Of a stretch of 64,000 bases of DNA, positions 50,516 to 61,240 are shown piece after piece. Source of the stretch: an uncultured delta proteobacterium (lineage in GTDB: Bacteria > Desulfobacterota > Syntrophia > Syntrophales > UBA5619); contig CAWFOM010000016.1 in the NCBI GenBank assembly GCA_963817385.1, positions 64,001 through 128,000 on the forward strand, in the 5' to 3' direction. Numbering within the stretch: the stretch's first letter is position 1; the number at the start of each line of letters is the position of its first letter. The notes under the pieces are model-generated. The model was given only the letters and a program-made list of their open reading frames with translations, was not told where the DNA came from and searched no databases. The position numbers and the translations under genes are program-made.

Positions 50516-51673
50516 TCAGGCGGCACTAAACCGGTCCAGACTGTCCCTGGCGATGAAGGCGCGCTGCATCTCCGAGGTGCCGTAGGCGAGCTCCGCGAAC
50601 CGGGCGTCGCGGTAGAGACGCTCCACGACGGCGCCTTTGAGATAACCGTGCCCGCCGTGGACCTGCATCGCCAGATCGGCGATCCTTCCTGCCGCCTCGC
50701 TCGTAAAGAGCTTCGCGCAGGAGGTGAGAACGGGGCCTTCCGGATCGTTCTGCTCCATCGCCCAGGCGGCCCGGCAGGTCATCATCCGGCCGATGTCGTT
50801 GAGCGTAAACATGGTGGCGAGCTTCGCCCCGACCCCTTCGAACAGGCCGATCGGTTTTCCGAACGCCTTTTTCGCCTTCGCGTGGCGCGTCGACTCCTCC
50901 ATGCAGGCCATGCCGACGCCCACGCACAGGACGGAGACGGCGAGTTTGATCTCTTCCAGGAGGGCCTGAATCCGGCCCCAGCCGTCGCCGACGGTTCCGC
51001 CGAGGAGGGCCTCGTCCGTCACCCGGCAGTTCTCCAGGCGGATCCCGGCGATCGGCGCGCCGCGGAGGCCCATCGTTTCCAGCGGCCTGCCGATCGTCAC
51101 CCCACTTGCTTTGCGGTCGATCAGAAAGAGGGTCATCCCCCGTTCCGGACCCGCTTCCCGGTCGGTCCAGGCGAGAACCAGAAAGAAATCGGCGAGCGGT
51201 GCGTTCGTTACGAGGTCCTTCTCTCCGTTCAGGATCCAGCCGCCGTCCTTACTCTCCGCGGCGGTTTGCATCCCGGCGAGGTCCGATCCCGCCTCCGCCT
51301 CCGTGCAGGCAAACGCGCCGATCCTCTCGCCCGCAGCGAGGAGCGGGAGATACCGTTCCCGCTGGGTATCCGTGCCGAAACGCTTCACGGCCCTCCCGAA
51401 AGCGATCGCCGAGGAGATGGCCGCGAGATAGGTCGAGGGGCAGGCTCGGGCCAGTTCTTCGCCGGCGACGCATGAACCGAGCAGGTCTCCTCCCAGCAGG
51501 AGATTCAGAAAGCCCGTACCGGCAAGCTTTTTCAGGTTGGTCCTCATCCGGGCGGCGGCCTCTTCCGGGGGGGCCTCGTCGAAGAGGGCGGCGCCCGGAG
51601 CGATCTCCTCCCGGCAGAACCGCCCCATCTCCGCCTGCAAGCCCCTGTGCGCATCCGACAGTTCGTAATTCAT
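50516..51673 (-). CDS. Acyl-CoA dehydrogenase family
   Basis: TE.EAGSD, NG.K..VTN, GLRG, QVHGGHGY, RLYRDA; YGTSE segment atypical. Confidence 0.88.
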   Translation of the reverse strand: MNYELSDAHRGLQAEMGRFCREEIAPGAALFDEAPPEEAAARMRTNLKKLAGTGFLNLLLGGDLLGSCVAGEELARACPSTYLAAISSAIAFGRAVKRFGTDTQRERYLPLLAAGERIGAFACTEAEAGSDLAGMQTAAESKDGGWILNGEKDLVTNAPLADFFLVLAWTDREAGPERGMTLFLIDRKASGVTIGRPLETMGLRGAPIAGIRLENCRVTDEALLGGTVGDGWGRIQALLEEIKLAVSVLCVGVGMACMEESTRHAKAKKAFGKPIGLFEGVGAKLATMFTLNDIGRMMTCRAAWAMEQNDPEGPVLTSCAKLFTSEAAGRIADLAMQVHGGHGYLKGAVVERLYRDARFAELAYGTSEMQRAFIARDSLDRFSAA

Positions 51674-51712
51674 CGCGCTTTCTCCTTCTTACATCGAAAC
51701 CTTTCAGCCACG

Positions 51713-51833
51713 TGGAGATCGGATCCCGGAAGCGCGCATTGGAGATTTTTCGGGGCACCCTGCCTCCCGCAGCGTAGCGAGGAGGCGCAGGGTCGAAAAA
51801 TGTCCAGCGCGACGGAGGCGATCGCGATCTCCA
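51713..51833. repeat. Long nested imperfect palindrome (MITE/REP-like)
   Basis: TGGAGATC..TTTTTCG..ACCCTGC..CTCC mirrored by GGAG..GCAGGGT..CGAAAAA..GATCTCCA. Confidence 0.65.
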
Positions 51834-51841
51834 AGCGGATC

Positions 51842-52990
51842 TTACATCATCATGAACCGGGCGACGATCATCCGCATGATGTCGGATGTGCCCCCGCCCA
51901 GTTGGCCCAGCTTCGCGTCCCGCATGATCCTCTCCACGGGATACTCGTGGATGTAGCCGTAGCCGCCGAAGAGATCCACCCCCTCCGACGCCGTTTCGAA
52001 CCCCCGGTCGCCGACATACATCTTGTTCACGGCGGCGGTGAGCGGGTTGAGCGCCACGCCGCTGTCCTTGGAGGCGGCGATCCGATATATGGCGAGCCGG
52101 GCGGCCTCGATGTAGACCTTCATGTCGGCGATCCGGTTCTGGATGGACTGGAACTCCCGGATGGGCCGGTTGAAGGCCCGCCGCTGGTTGGCATAGCGGG
52201 CGCAGCTCTCCAGCATGAAGGTGTGGCCGCCGAGGAACGGGGCGATCAGGGTGCTCCGGTCCCACTCCACGCCTCCCAGGGCGATCAGCCAGCCGTTCCC
52301 CTCGCCCCCCAGGCAGTTCTCGACGGGGACCTCGCACTCCTCGAGAAAGATCTCCGAGGTTGCGGATGCCCGGCAGCCCATCTTGTGCATCGGCTTTCCG
52401 GTGGAGATCCCCGGGAAGCCCCGCTCCACGATGAAGGTCGTGATCCCCTTGTGCTTCTTCTCCTTGTCGAGGGTCGCGAAGATGATGAAGACCTCGGAGA
52501 GAGGGGCGTTGGTGATGAAGGTCTTCGAGCCGTTGAGGATGTATTTGTCTCCCTTGCGGACCGCGGTGGTGGTCAGCGCCGCGGCGTCGGAGCCGCAGCC
52601 CGGTTCGGTGAGCCCCATGCAGCCGATCCATTCGCCGGTGGCGAGCTTCGGGAGGTACTTCTCCTTCTGCGCCTCGGTACCGTGCTGCAGGATGTTGGCC
52701 GCGCAGAGGTAGGTGTGGGCGCCCCAGGCGAGGATGTGGCCGCCGTCGACGCCGGCATGGCCGACCGCTTCGCCGGCGAGGCAGCAGGTGACGAAATCCG
52801 CCCCGCCGCCGCCGTACTTTTCCGGCACGGGAAGGCCGAGAAGTCCCATCTCGCCGAATTTCCGCCAGACATCGAAGTTGAATTCTCCCTTCAGGTCGGC
52901 CTCCTCGCACAGGGGGGCGATCTGGCTCTTCGCAAACCGATAGACGGTCTCCCGGAACATCTTCTGTTCGTCGCTGATCGAGAAATCCAT
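51842..52990 (-). CDS. Acyl-CoA dehydrogenase (isovaleryl-CoA dehydrogenase-like)
   Basis: LTEP..GSD, NGSKTFITN, KMG.R, GGYGY..EY, GGGTSD. Confidence 0.88.
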   Translation of the reverse strand: MDFSISDEQKMFRETVYRFAKSQIAPLCEEADLKGEFNFDVWRKFGEMGLLGLPVPEKYGGGGADFVTCCLAGEAVGHAGVDGGHILAWGAHTYLCAANILQHGTEAQKEKYLPKLATGEWIGCMGLTEPGCGSDAAALTTTAVRKGDKYILNGSKTFITNAPLSEVFIIFATLDKEKKHKGITTFIVERGFPGISTGKPMHKMGCRASATSEIFLEECEVPVENCLGGEGNGWLIALGGVEWDRSTLIAPFLGGHTFMLESCARYANQRRAFNRPIREFQSIQNRIADMKVYIEAARLAIYRIAASKDSGVALNPLTAAVNKMYVGDRGFETASEGVDLFGGYGYIHEYPVERIMRDAKLGQLGGGTSDIMRMIVARFMMM

Positions 52991-53010
52991 AAAGGCTCCT
53001 TTGCTGACTT

Positions 53011-53898
53011 TCAGATGTGGACCAGCCCGAGACGCGCCCGACACTCCTCAATGGCAGCCACCTGCCGCCCCTGATCGCGGACCATCCGGGCGGCCTTCTC
53101 CACCAGATCGCCGTTGCTCTTGGCCATCGCCCCGGACGAGACGTAGAAATTGTCCTCCAGCCCCACCCGGACGTTTCCGCCCAGGGCGATCGCCGCGGCC
53201 ACCATCCGCCACTGGTCGTCGCTGATCCCGATCACCTCCCAGTCGCTCTGCGGGGGAAGCAGGCGGGCCTGCTGGACGAGGGTTTCCACCGTCGGCGGGA
53301 TGCCGCCGAGGACCCCCATGATGAGGCTGTACTGATACGGCGGCGCGAGGAGTCCCATATCGATGAGGGGGAAGCTGTTGCCGATATGGCCCGAATCGAA
53401 GCACTCCATCTCCGGCTTGACCTTGCACTCCTTCATGGCCGAGACCAGGGCGATGATTTCGGCGAAGGGGTTGGGAAAGACAAAGTCGAAGACGAACTTC
53501 TTCTTCACCGGATTGTACTTGGCGTAGTTCATGGAACCCATGTTCAGGGCGGCGATGGCCGGTCTGATCGCCGTCACGGGGGCCATTTTCGTCTCCACGG
53601 GGATGCCGATGGCGCCGGTGGAAAAGTTGATGATGATCGGGCAGGCCGCCGTCACCGCGTCATAGATATTCCGGTAATCGGCCACCTCATACGAGGGGGT
53701 CCCGTCGGGCTTTCGCGCGTGGATGTGGACGACGGCGGCGCCGGCCTCGTAAGCCCTTTTCGCCTCGGCGGCGTATTCCTCCGGGGCGTAGGGGATCGCC
53801 GGGCACTGGGCGCGGTTGGCCACCACCCCGGAGAGGGCGCAGGTGATCATGCAGGGACGTTCGAAATTGAAGTTATCCTTGATCCATAGTGAACTCAT
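53011..53898 (-). CDS. Beta-keto acid cleavage enzyme (BKACE/DUF849, Kce family)
   Basis: ITCA.SG, AGAAVVHIHAR, STG, LNMGSMN, KPEMECFD, RVGLEDN. Confidence 0.9.
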   Translation of the reverse strand: MSSLWIKDNFNFERPCMITCALSGVVANRAQCPAIPYAPEEYAAEAKRAYEAGAAVVHIHARKPDGTPSYEVADYRNIYDAVTAACPIIINFSTGAIGIPVETKMAPVTAIRPAIAALNMGSMNYAKYNPVKKKFVFDFVFPNPFAEIIALVSAMKECKVKPEMECFDSGHIGNSFPLIDMGLLAPPYQYSLIMGVLGGIPPTVETLVQQARLLPPQSDWEVIGISDDQWRMVAAAIALGGNVRVGLEDNFYVSSGAMAKSNGDLVEKAARMVRDQGRQVAAIEECRARLGLVHI

Positions 53899-53916
53899 CG
53901 CTGTCTCCTTTCTGGT

Positions 53917-54690
53917 TCATCTCCCCTTGAAGAGCGGTTTTCTCTTTTCAAGAAAAGCGGCGATCCCCTCGGCGGCGTCCTCGGTGGCGGCGACCTTGCC
54001 CAACTCTTCGCAGAGGTGGTCCAGCGCCTCTTCGAAGGGGAGATCGGCCATCGTGTAAAAGGCCTTTTTCCCCATCGCGATCCCGAGCGGGCTCTTCTCC
54101 GCAAGGCCGCGGAGCGACTCCTCGACCGCCTCATCCAGTTTTTCCGGCGGAACCGCCCGGGTGATGAGACCGATCCGCTCCGCCTCCGGGGCGGGGATGC
54201 GCCTTCCCGTGAGAACCATCTCCATCGCCTTCTTCCGCCCCACGTGGCGGTAGATCAACGCCCCGATCATCATCGGGAAGATCCCGACGTTGACCTCGGG
54301 GGTGCTGAACCAGGCGTCTTCCCGGGCGATGACGATATCGCAGGAGAGCATGAACCCCATCCCGCCGGCCAGGCAGGGGCCGTTCACCCGGGCGACCAGG
54401 GGCTTGCCCATCCGGGCCATCCTTTTCAGGAGGAGGGCGTAATTGCGCGCCCCCGCCTCGACATCCCCGCCGCCGGAAAGGGCGGAGGCCAGGTCGGCCC
54501 CGCTGCAGAAGGCCTTTTCGCCCGCGCCGGTGAAGCAGAGGGCGCGAATCGCCGGGTCCGCCTCGGCCTCCTCCAGGCGGTTCATGATCTCCCCCATGAT
54601 CTCCTGGCTGATGGCGTTGCGCCGCGCCTCCCGGTTGATCGTCAGCCAGGCCGCCTCTCCCTTGATCTGGTAGAGAAGTTCAGACTCCAT
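53917..54690 (-). CDS. Enoyl-CoA hydratase (methylglutaconyl-CoA hydratase-like)
   Basis: NR...RNA, FCSGADL, AGGMG, PEV.VG, AFLEKR.P.F.G. Confidence 0.85.
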   Translation of the reverse strand: MESELLYQIKGEAAWLTINREARRNAISQEIMGEIMNRLEEAEADPAIRALCFTGAGEKAFCSGADLASALSGGGDVEAGARNYALLLKRMARMGKPLVARVNGPCLAGGMGFMLSCDIVIAREDAWFSTPEVNVGIFPMMIGALIYRHVGRKKAMEMVLTGRRIPAPEAERIGLITRAVPPEKLDEAVEESLRGLAEKSPLGIAMGKKAFYTMADLPFEEALDHLCEELGKVAATEDAAEGIAAFLEKRKPLFKGR

Positions 54691-55208
54691 GGTGCTCCTC
54701 CTCAGCCGGTTCGATTTCCAGGAGGATCTCTCCCGGCATCACCTGGCCGCCGACGGCGGCATTGATCTTTTTCACCGCCCCTCGATACGGCGCGGTCAGG
54801 GTCATCTCCATCTTCATCGCCGAGAGGACAATCAGGGGCTGCCCCTTGTTGACCAGATCGCCCTCGGCCGCAAGGATGCGGATCACCGCCGCCGGCATGG
54901 GCGGCGTCATCTGCCGGGCTTGATCGTCCGGCCCGCCCCGCCGCCGGGGCCGCCGGTCGTCGGCGCCGGGCTCTTCGACCAGATAGGTCTCCCCGTCGAT
55001 GGCAATCCAGGTTTCACCCCCCCGTACAGCCAGACAGGCCCGGATCGGATGCCCGTCGACATCGAGGAGCCATTCGTTGTCGTTGATCGGGACCCACCGG
55101 AGGCGGTATTCCCGTGCCGTCGATGCAGGCCGTGTGACCCTCGCCGGAAGGGAGGGGGGCGATGGTCAGGGATTTTTGTTCCTTGTTGACGAGTAACGGG
55201 AATTCCAT
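54680..55208 (-). CDS. Biotin carboxyl carrier protein, N-terminal half frameshifted
   Basis: PMP, SAMKME biotinylation motif; GAGGAGG RBS before MEFPLLVN. Confidence 0.75.
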
Positions 55209-55237
55209 CTTTTCCTCCTCACTTTCGGCTCGAGGTC

Positions 55238-56729
55238 TTACAATGACCAGCCGCCCAGGGTCTCCCAGGGGGACGGGAATGGGTCCCGTTCCCTCCCCGT
55301 TCCGGTCGGGACGGCTTTGCTGGGGGGAGAGCCGGGAGGCCGCGTAGGCCAGGCAGGCAAGATCCGCCCGGCTCAGGGAGGGTTTCCAGCCGGCGAAATG
55401 CTCATCGATCAGACGGGTATGGGTTTCCCCCCTGCGGAACGGGTCCGATCGGATCACCTCCCGGAGAAAATCGACCGGGGTCCTGATCCCCAAGACAACA
55501 TATTCGCTCAGGGCGCGGACCATCCTCTCGATCGCCCCCGGCCGGTCCCCGGCGTGGACGATCAGTTTGCTCAGGATCGGGTCATAGGCCGTGGGGACCG
55601 TAAAGCCGCTGTAAATCCCCGAGTCGACGCGGATCCCCGGTCCGGCCGGCTCCCTGAGGCAGAGGATCTCCCCCGGCGAGGGGATGAAGCCTTGTTCGGG
55701 ATCTTCGGCGTAGATGCGGCACTCGATGGCGTGGCCCCGCGGCCGGATCTCCTCCTGCCGGCAGGAGAGTGGCTCTCCGGCGGCGATCCGGATCTGTTCC
55801 CGGACCAGGTCGATGCCGGTGACCATCTCGGTGACGGGATGTTCCACCTGCAGGCGGGTGTTCACCTCCAGAAAATAGAACCGGCCTTGGGCGTCCAGGA
55901 GAAATTCCACGGTGCCCGCGTTGACGTAGCCGGCCGCCCGGGCGGCGTTGAGAGCCGCCTCTCCCATCGCCTTGCGGAGCGCCCGGCTCAGGGCGGGCGA
56001 GGGGGACTCTTCGATGATCTTCTGGTGGCGGCGCTGGAGCGAGCATTCCCGCTCGCCGAGATGCACGATGTGGCCGTGGGCGTCGGCCAGGATCTGTATC
56101 TCCACGTGACGCGGCCTTTCCAGGTATTTTTCCAGGTAGACGGCACCGTTGCCGAAGGCGTTTTTCGCCTCGCTGGTCGCCTCGTCGAAGGCCTCCTTCA
56201 GCTTCTCCGGGTCTGAGACGACCCGCATCCCCTTGCCTCCCCCCCCGGCGGCGGCCTTCAGGAGGACCGGGTACCCGATCTCCCGGGCCTGTCCGGCGAG
56301 GTCGGTCAGATTCTCTTCCGGTTCCGTCATCCCGGGGATCACCGGTACAGCCCCCTGGAGCATCAGGCGCCGGGCGGTGGTTTTATCGCCCAGGGAGCGG
56401 ATCACCGCGGCGGGGGGGCCGATGAACCGGAGCCCTTCTGCTTCGCACCTCTCGGCAAAAGCGCCGTTTTCCGCCAGGAAGCCGTAACCGGGATGGATCG
56501 CCTCGGCGCCGCTCTGCCGGGCGGCGGCGATGATCTTTTCGATGTTCAGGTAGCTCTCCCGCGGTTCCGAAGCGCCGATGAATATCGCCTCGTCGGCGGT
56601 TTGCACATGGAGGGCGCTCCGGTCCGCCTCCGAATGGACGGCTACGGTGGCGATCCCCATCTCCTTGCAGGTCCTCATGATCCTGACGGCGATCTCGCCT
56701 CTGTTGGCGATCAGTATCTTCCTGAACAT
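55238..56729 (-). CDS. Biotin carboxylase subunit of an acyl-CoA carboxylase; frameshift near the C-terminus
   Basis: IANRGEIA, HPGYGFLAEN, GGGGKGM, RECSLQRRHQK, RLQVEH; likely end PSPWETLGGWSL* in another frame. Confidence 0.88.
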
Positions 56730-56739
56730 GATCTCTCCC

Positions 56740-58358
56740 CTACATGCGGAACAGCCCGTGACCCTGGGGGCCGCTGTGAATGGGGCCGTTGAGCGAGGCC
56801 GAGATGGCCAGCCCCAGGACGTCCCTCGTCTTGGCCGGATCGAGTATCCCGTCGTCCCAGAGGTTGGCCGTGGAGTAGTAGGCGTTGCCCTCCTTCTCCG
56901 CCATGGCGACGATCGGCTCCTTGATCGCCTTGACCATCTCTTCGGCGAGGGGGGGCTGCCCCTCCCGGGCGAGCTGGTCGTTTTTCACGGAGATGAGCAC
57001 GTTGGCCGCCTGTTCGCCCCCCATGACGCCGATCTGGGCGTTGGGCCACATCCAGAGGAAGCGCGGCGAGTAGCCCCGGCCGCACATCCCGTAGTTGCCG
57101 GCGCCGAAGGAGGCCCCGACGATCACGGTAAACTTGGGGACCGTGGCGGTGGCCACGGCGTTGACCATTTTGTGGCCGTCCTTGGTGATCCCTCCCCGTT
57201 CATACTCCCGGCCGATGATGTAGCCGGTGATGTTCTGGAGGAAGATGAGCGGGATGCCGCGTTTGTCGCAGATCTCGATGAATTGCGTCGCCTTCAGGGC
57301 GCTGTTGGAAAAGAGGACCCCGTAATTGCCGAGGATCCCCACCGGGTAGCCGTGGATATAGGCCCAGCCGCAGACGAGGGTGGGCCCATAGAGCGCCTTG
57401 AATTCCAGAAATTCGCTGCCGTCGACGATCCGGGCGATCACTTCGCGGATGTCGTAGAGGGTGCTCAGGCTGCGGGGGACGATCCCGTAGAGTTCCCTCG
57501 GATCGTAGAGCGGGGGGCGGGGGGAGCGGGTGGTGAGCGTGGGATTTGCCCGGATCGGGGAGCCCCTGGACGATGTCCCTGATGATCTGGATGGCGTGGG
57601 CGTCGTCTTCGGCCCAGTAGTCGGAAACGCCGCTGTCGCGGCAGTGGAGATCGGCGCCCCCCAATTCGTCCGCCGTCACCACCTCGCCCGTGGCGGCCCG
57701 CACCAGGGGAGGACCGCCGAGAAAGATCGCCCCGGTCCCCTTTACATGGACCACCTCGTCGCTCATCGCCGGGATGTAGGCGGCCCCGGCCGTGCAGAGG
57801 CCCATCACCGCGGTGATCTGCGGGATCCCCATCTTGCTGATGATTGCCTGGTTGTAAAAGATACGACCCCCGTCGTCCGAATCCGGAAACACCTCGGACT
57901 GCAAGGGCAGATACGCCCCGCCGGAATCGACCAGGCTGATCAGGGGCAGGCGGTTTTCCATGGCGATCGTCTGGCATCTGAGGGCTTTTTTCACCCCCAT
58001 CGGATAGATGGTGCCCCCCTTGATGGTGGGGTCATTGGCCGTGACCAGCACTTCCCGGCCATGGATGACGCCGATGACGACCACGCTCCCCGCCCCGTGA
58101 ACCCCTTTGTCGTACATGTCGTATGCGGCGAGCGGTGCGATCTCCAGGACAGGGGTGTTTTTGTCCAGGAGCAGCTCCAGCCTCTTGCGCACGGAAAGTT
58201 TGTTCTGTTCGGCCAGGCGGCCCAGGGCCTTCTCCGATCTCACCTCCCGGGCGATCCGGAGCTCCTCGTTGAGACGGGCGACCATCGCCTCCATACGGCC
58301 GATAGTTTTCCAGATACTGGGGATCTTTCTTGTCCACTTTCGTTTCGATGACGTCCAT
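56740..58358 (-). CDS. Carboxyltransferase subunit (3-methylcrotonyl/geranyl-CoA carboxylase beta type); frameshifts near 58295 and 57520
   Basis: [46 protein letters not shown]. Confidence 0.88.
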
Positions 58359-58384
58359 AGGTCGCCTTTCCCTGAAAAGAATCT

Positions 58385-58978
58385 CTATCCCGTCGCCGCC
58401 CCGTGGAGAAACACCCGGATGATCCCATCGCTGATCCGTTTTTCCCTCGCAGGGGTCAGCGTCTCTTCTCCGAGGATCATGACGGACAGAAAGGTGTCGA
58501 TGGCGCCGAGAAAGACGTACGTGAGGTAACGGGCCTGGATGTCGCTGCAGAGAAAGCCGTTCGTCTGTCCTTCCTTGATGATCTCCTGGCAGAGGGCAAA
58601 AAGTCCGTTGAATTTGTCCCGGCCCTTGCTGTGGGCATGATAGACAAATCCCCGGGAAACTTCGGTTACGAAGAGGGTGATCTGATTCGGCTCGTTTGCA
58701 TAGACGCTGAGGAGGTAGCGGATGATCCCGATGAGCTTTTCATCGGTGGGCATGAGGCTCTTCTTCAACACCTCCAGCTTGCTGTAGAAACCCGTCCACC
58801 ACTTCTCTACGATGGCGTCAAAGAGCTTTTCCTTGTTTTCAAAATAATGGTAGACCAGCCCGTAGGACATCTCCGCCTCCCGGGCGATGTCCGCCATGCG
58901 GGTGTCGGCGTACCCTTTCCTGCTGAAGACCTTCAGCGCGGCGTTGACGATGATCCGTTCACGGTCCGGTTTATCCAT
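58385..58978 (-). CDS. TetR/AcrR family regulator
   Basis: I..AA...F..KGY..T....IA......G.VY.YF..KE.LF. Confidence 0.9.
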   Translation of the reverse strand: MDKPDRERIIVNAALKVFSRKGYADTRMADIAREAEMSYGLVYHYFENKEKLFDAIVEKWWTGFYSKLEVLKKSLMPTDEKLIGIIRYLLSVYANEPNQITLFVTEVSRGFVYHAHSKGRDKFNGLFALCQEIIKEGQTNGFLCSDIQARYLTYVFLGAIDTFLSVMILGEETLTPAREKRISDGIIRVFLHGAATG

Positions 58979-58991
58979 AATTACCCCGTAA

Positions 58992-59023
58992 CAGATATTG
59001 ATTGACATGTCAATCAATATCTG
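58992..59023. promoter_or_regulatory. Perfect 32-bp palindrome, probable TetR operator
   Basis: CAGATATTGATTGACA-TGTCAATCAATATCTG, 13 bp upstream of the tetR start. Confidence 0.75.
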
Positions 59024-59178
59024 CCCGTATAAAATCACCTTGACATGCAGGACCACTTTTCTTATCCTTAAACACACACAAAAGCAATTCTCAGAAAATC
59101 TCCAATGTGCCCCTACCGAAAACACCTTGTCGCGCCACTCGGTAACTCGGGAAAATGGGTTGAAATGAGGAGAAGGAA

Positions 59179-60360
59179 ATGGCTGGACCGTTGAAGGGGT
59201 TGAAGATCCTCGATTTCACGACTCTCCTGCCGGGACCGTACGCGACGATGATGCTCGCGGATATGGGAGCGGACGTGCTTCGGGTTGTCTCCGGCTCCCG
59301 TCCCGACCTCGCAGACTTCATGCCCCCCTGCATCGCCGGCACGAACCTTTCCTGCGCGACGGCCACCCTCGGGCGGGGGAAGCGCTGCCTGACGCTGAAC
59401 CTGAAAGACCCGCGGGCCATCAAAATTGTCCTGAGCCTGATCGCGAGCCATGGCATCCTGATCGAGCAGTTCCGTCCCGGCGTCATGGCAAAGTTCGGTC
59501 TCGACTACACAACGCTAAAGGCGGCAAACCCCTCCCTCATCTACTGCTCCCTTACCGGTTACGGCCAAACGGGTCCCCTGAAGAACAGGGCGGGCCACGA
59601 CATCAACTATCTCGCCCGTTCGGGGATTATGGCCTACTCCGGACGAAAGACTGCCGGCCCCTCTCTCACAGGTATGCAGATTGCCGACATCGCTTCGGGA
59701 TCCAATAATACCGTTATCGGCATCCTGGCCGCCGTGGTACACCGGCAGATAACCGGTGAGGGACAGCACATCGACGTCTCCATGACCGACGGCGTCGTCG
59801 CCTTCAACGCCGTCGCCGGCGCCGCGTATCTCGTGGACAAAACGGAAGCACGCCGCGAGGAAGGGGTTCTGAACGGCGGCTCGCTCTATGACTTTTATGA
59901 GACGAAAGACGAAGATTACCTGAGCTTCGGCGGTCTCGAACCCCAGTTCTTCGCCGCCTTTTGCGAGACCATCGGCCGCCCCGACCTGATCCCCGGCGGG
60001 ATCGTCCCCCCGGATCTTCCCCGCGTCAAGGAGGAAGTCCGCGCGATCATGAGGACGAAGACACGGGACGAATGGATGCTCCTGTTTGGGAAGGTCGACG
60101 CCTGCGTGGAGCCGGTCCTTGCGCTCGGAGAGGCCCTCAGCGACCCTCACGTCGCGGCGCGGGAACTCATCGTGGAGGTGAACCTGCCCGGGGGCGGCAC
60201 GGTGAAGCAGCTTGGCCACCCGATCCGGTATTCGTCGACGCCGCCCGAATACCGGTCGGTCGGGGTTCCGGCAGGGACGCATACGCGGGAGGTCCTCCGC
60301 GAACTCGGTTACGCCAAGAGCGAGATCGATGAATTTGAAAAGACGGGCCTGTTCACCTGA
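59179..60360 (+). CDS. CaiB/BaiF family CoA-transferase (AMACR-like)
   Basis: LPGP, LADMGA, FRPGV, TGYGQTGP, AGHDINY. Confidence 0.9.
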   Translation: MAGPLKGLKILDFTTLLPGPYATMMLADMGADVLRVVSGSRPDLADFMPPCIAGTNLSCATATLGRGKRCLTLNLKDPRAIKIVLSLIASHGILIEQFRPGVMAKFGLDYTTLKAANPSLIYCSLTGYGQTGPLKNRAGHDINYLARSGIMAYSGRKTAGPSLTGMQIADIASGSNNTVIGILAAVVHRQITGEGQHIDVSMTDGVVAFNAVAGAAYLVDKTEARREEGVLNGGSLYDFYETKDEDYLSFGGLEPQFFAAFCETIGRPDLIPGGIVPPDLPRVKEEVRAIMRTKTRDEWMLLFGKVDACVEPVLALGEALSDPHVAARELIVEVNLPGGGTVKQLGHPIRYSSTPPEYRSVGVPAGTHTREVLRELGYAKSEIDEFEKTGLFT

Positions 60361-60433
60361 CGGCCCCTCCACCGTCAGATGAACAGGAAAGAGCACAAGT
60401 GACGCTGACAGGATTACACGACAACTGCGGGGG

Positions 60434-61240
60434 ATGATTATGGACAGCAGCTTCAAAATCGAAAAGGAAGGGAACGTGGCCTGGCTGATCCTGAACCGGC
60501 CGGAGAAGCGAAATTCCATGACCTGGGAGTTCTTCGCGGAACTTGCTGAGTCCATGCAGGCCTTCGACGACGACCCGGAGATCCGGGCGGTCGTCATCAG
60601 TGCGGCGGGGAAGATGTTCACCGCCGGCCTCGATCTTGTCGCCGCGGGATCCCTCATGGGTGACGGCTCGGCCACTTATCGGGAGGGGCTGCGGCGGAAG
60701 GTCCTCGATTTGCAGGAGACGATCAGCGCCATCGAACGCTGCCGCAAGCCCGTCATCGCGGCGGCGCACGGTTGGTGCATCGGAGCGGGAGTGGATCTGC
60801 TCTGCGCCTGCGACATCCGGCTGGCCGCCAGGGACGCGCTCTTCTCCATCCGGGAGACACGGATCGGGATCATCGCCGATCTCGGCACGCTGCAGCGACT
60901 CCCCCACATCATCGGCCACGGCTGGACGAACGAACTGGCGCTAACGGGCCGGGACTTCACTGCGGAGGAGGCGCTGAAGATGGGGTTCATCACCCGCCTC
61001 TGCGATGACCGGGAGGCGCTCACCCGGGAGGCAAAGACCCTTGCGGACGAGATCGCCGGACTCCCGCCGCTTGCCGTCCAGGGGACAAAAGAGGTGCTCC
61101 TCCACGGACGCGACCATGGCGTCCGGGCGGGGCTTGACTCCATCGCCCAGAAGAACGCCGCTCTCATCCCCAACGAGGATATGATGGAGGCCGTCGCGGC
61201 CTTCCTCGAGAAGCGGCAGCCGACGTTCAAAGGGCGGTAG
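60434..61240 (+). CDS. Crotonase family (dienoyl-CoA isomerase-like)
   Basis: FTAGLD, HGWCIGAGVD, RE..IG..AD.GTLQRLP. Confidence 0.85.
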   Translation: MIMDSSFKIEKEGNVAWLILNRPEKRNSMTWEFFAELAESMQAFDDDPEIRAVVISAAGKMFTAGLDLVAAGSLMGDGSATYREGLRRKVLDLQETISAIERCRKPVIAAAHGWCIGAGVDLLCACDIRLAARDALFSIRETRIGIIADLGTLQRLPHIIGHGWTNELALTGRDFTAEEALKMGFITRLCDDREALTREAKTLADEIAGLPPLAVQGTKEVLLHGRDHGVRAGLDSIAQKNAALIPNEDMMEAVAAFLEKRQPTFKGR

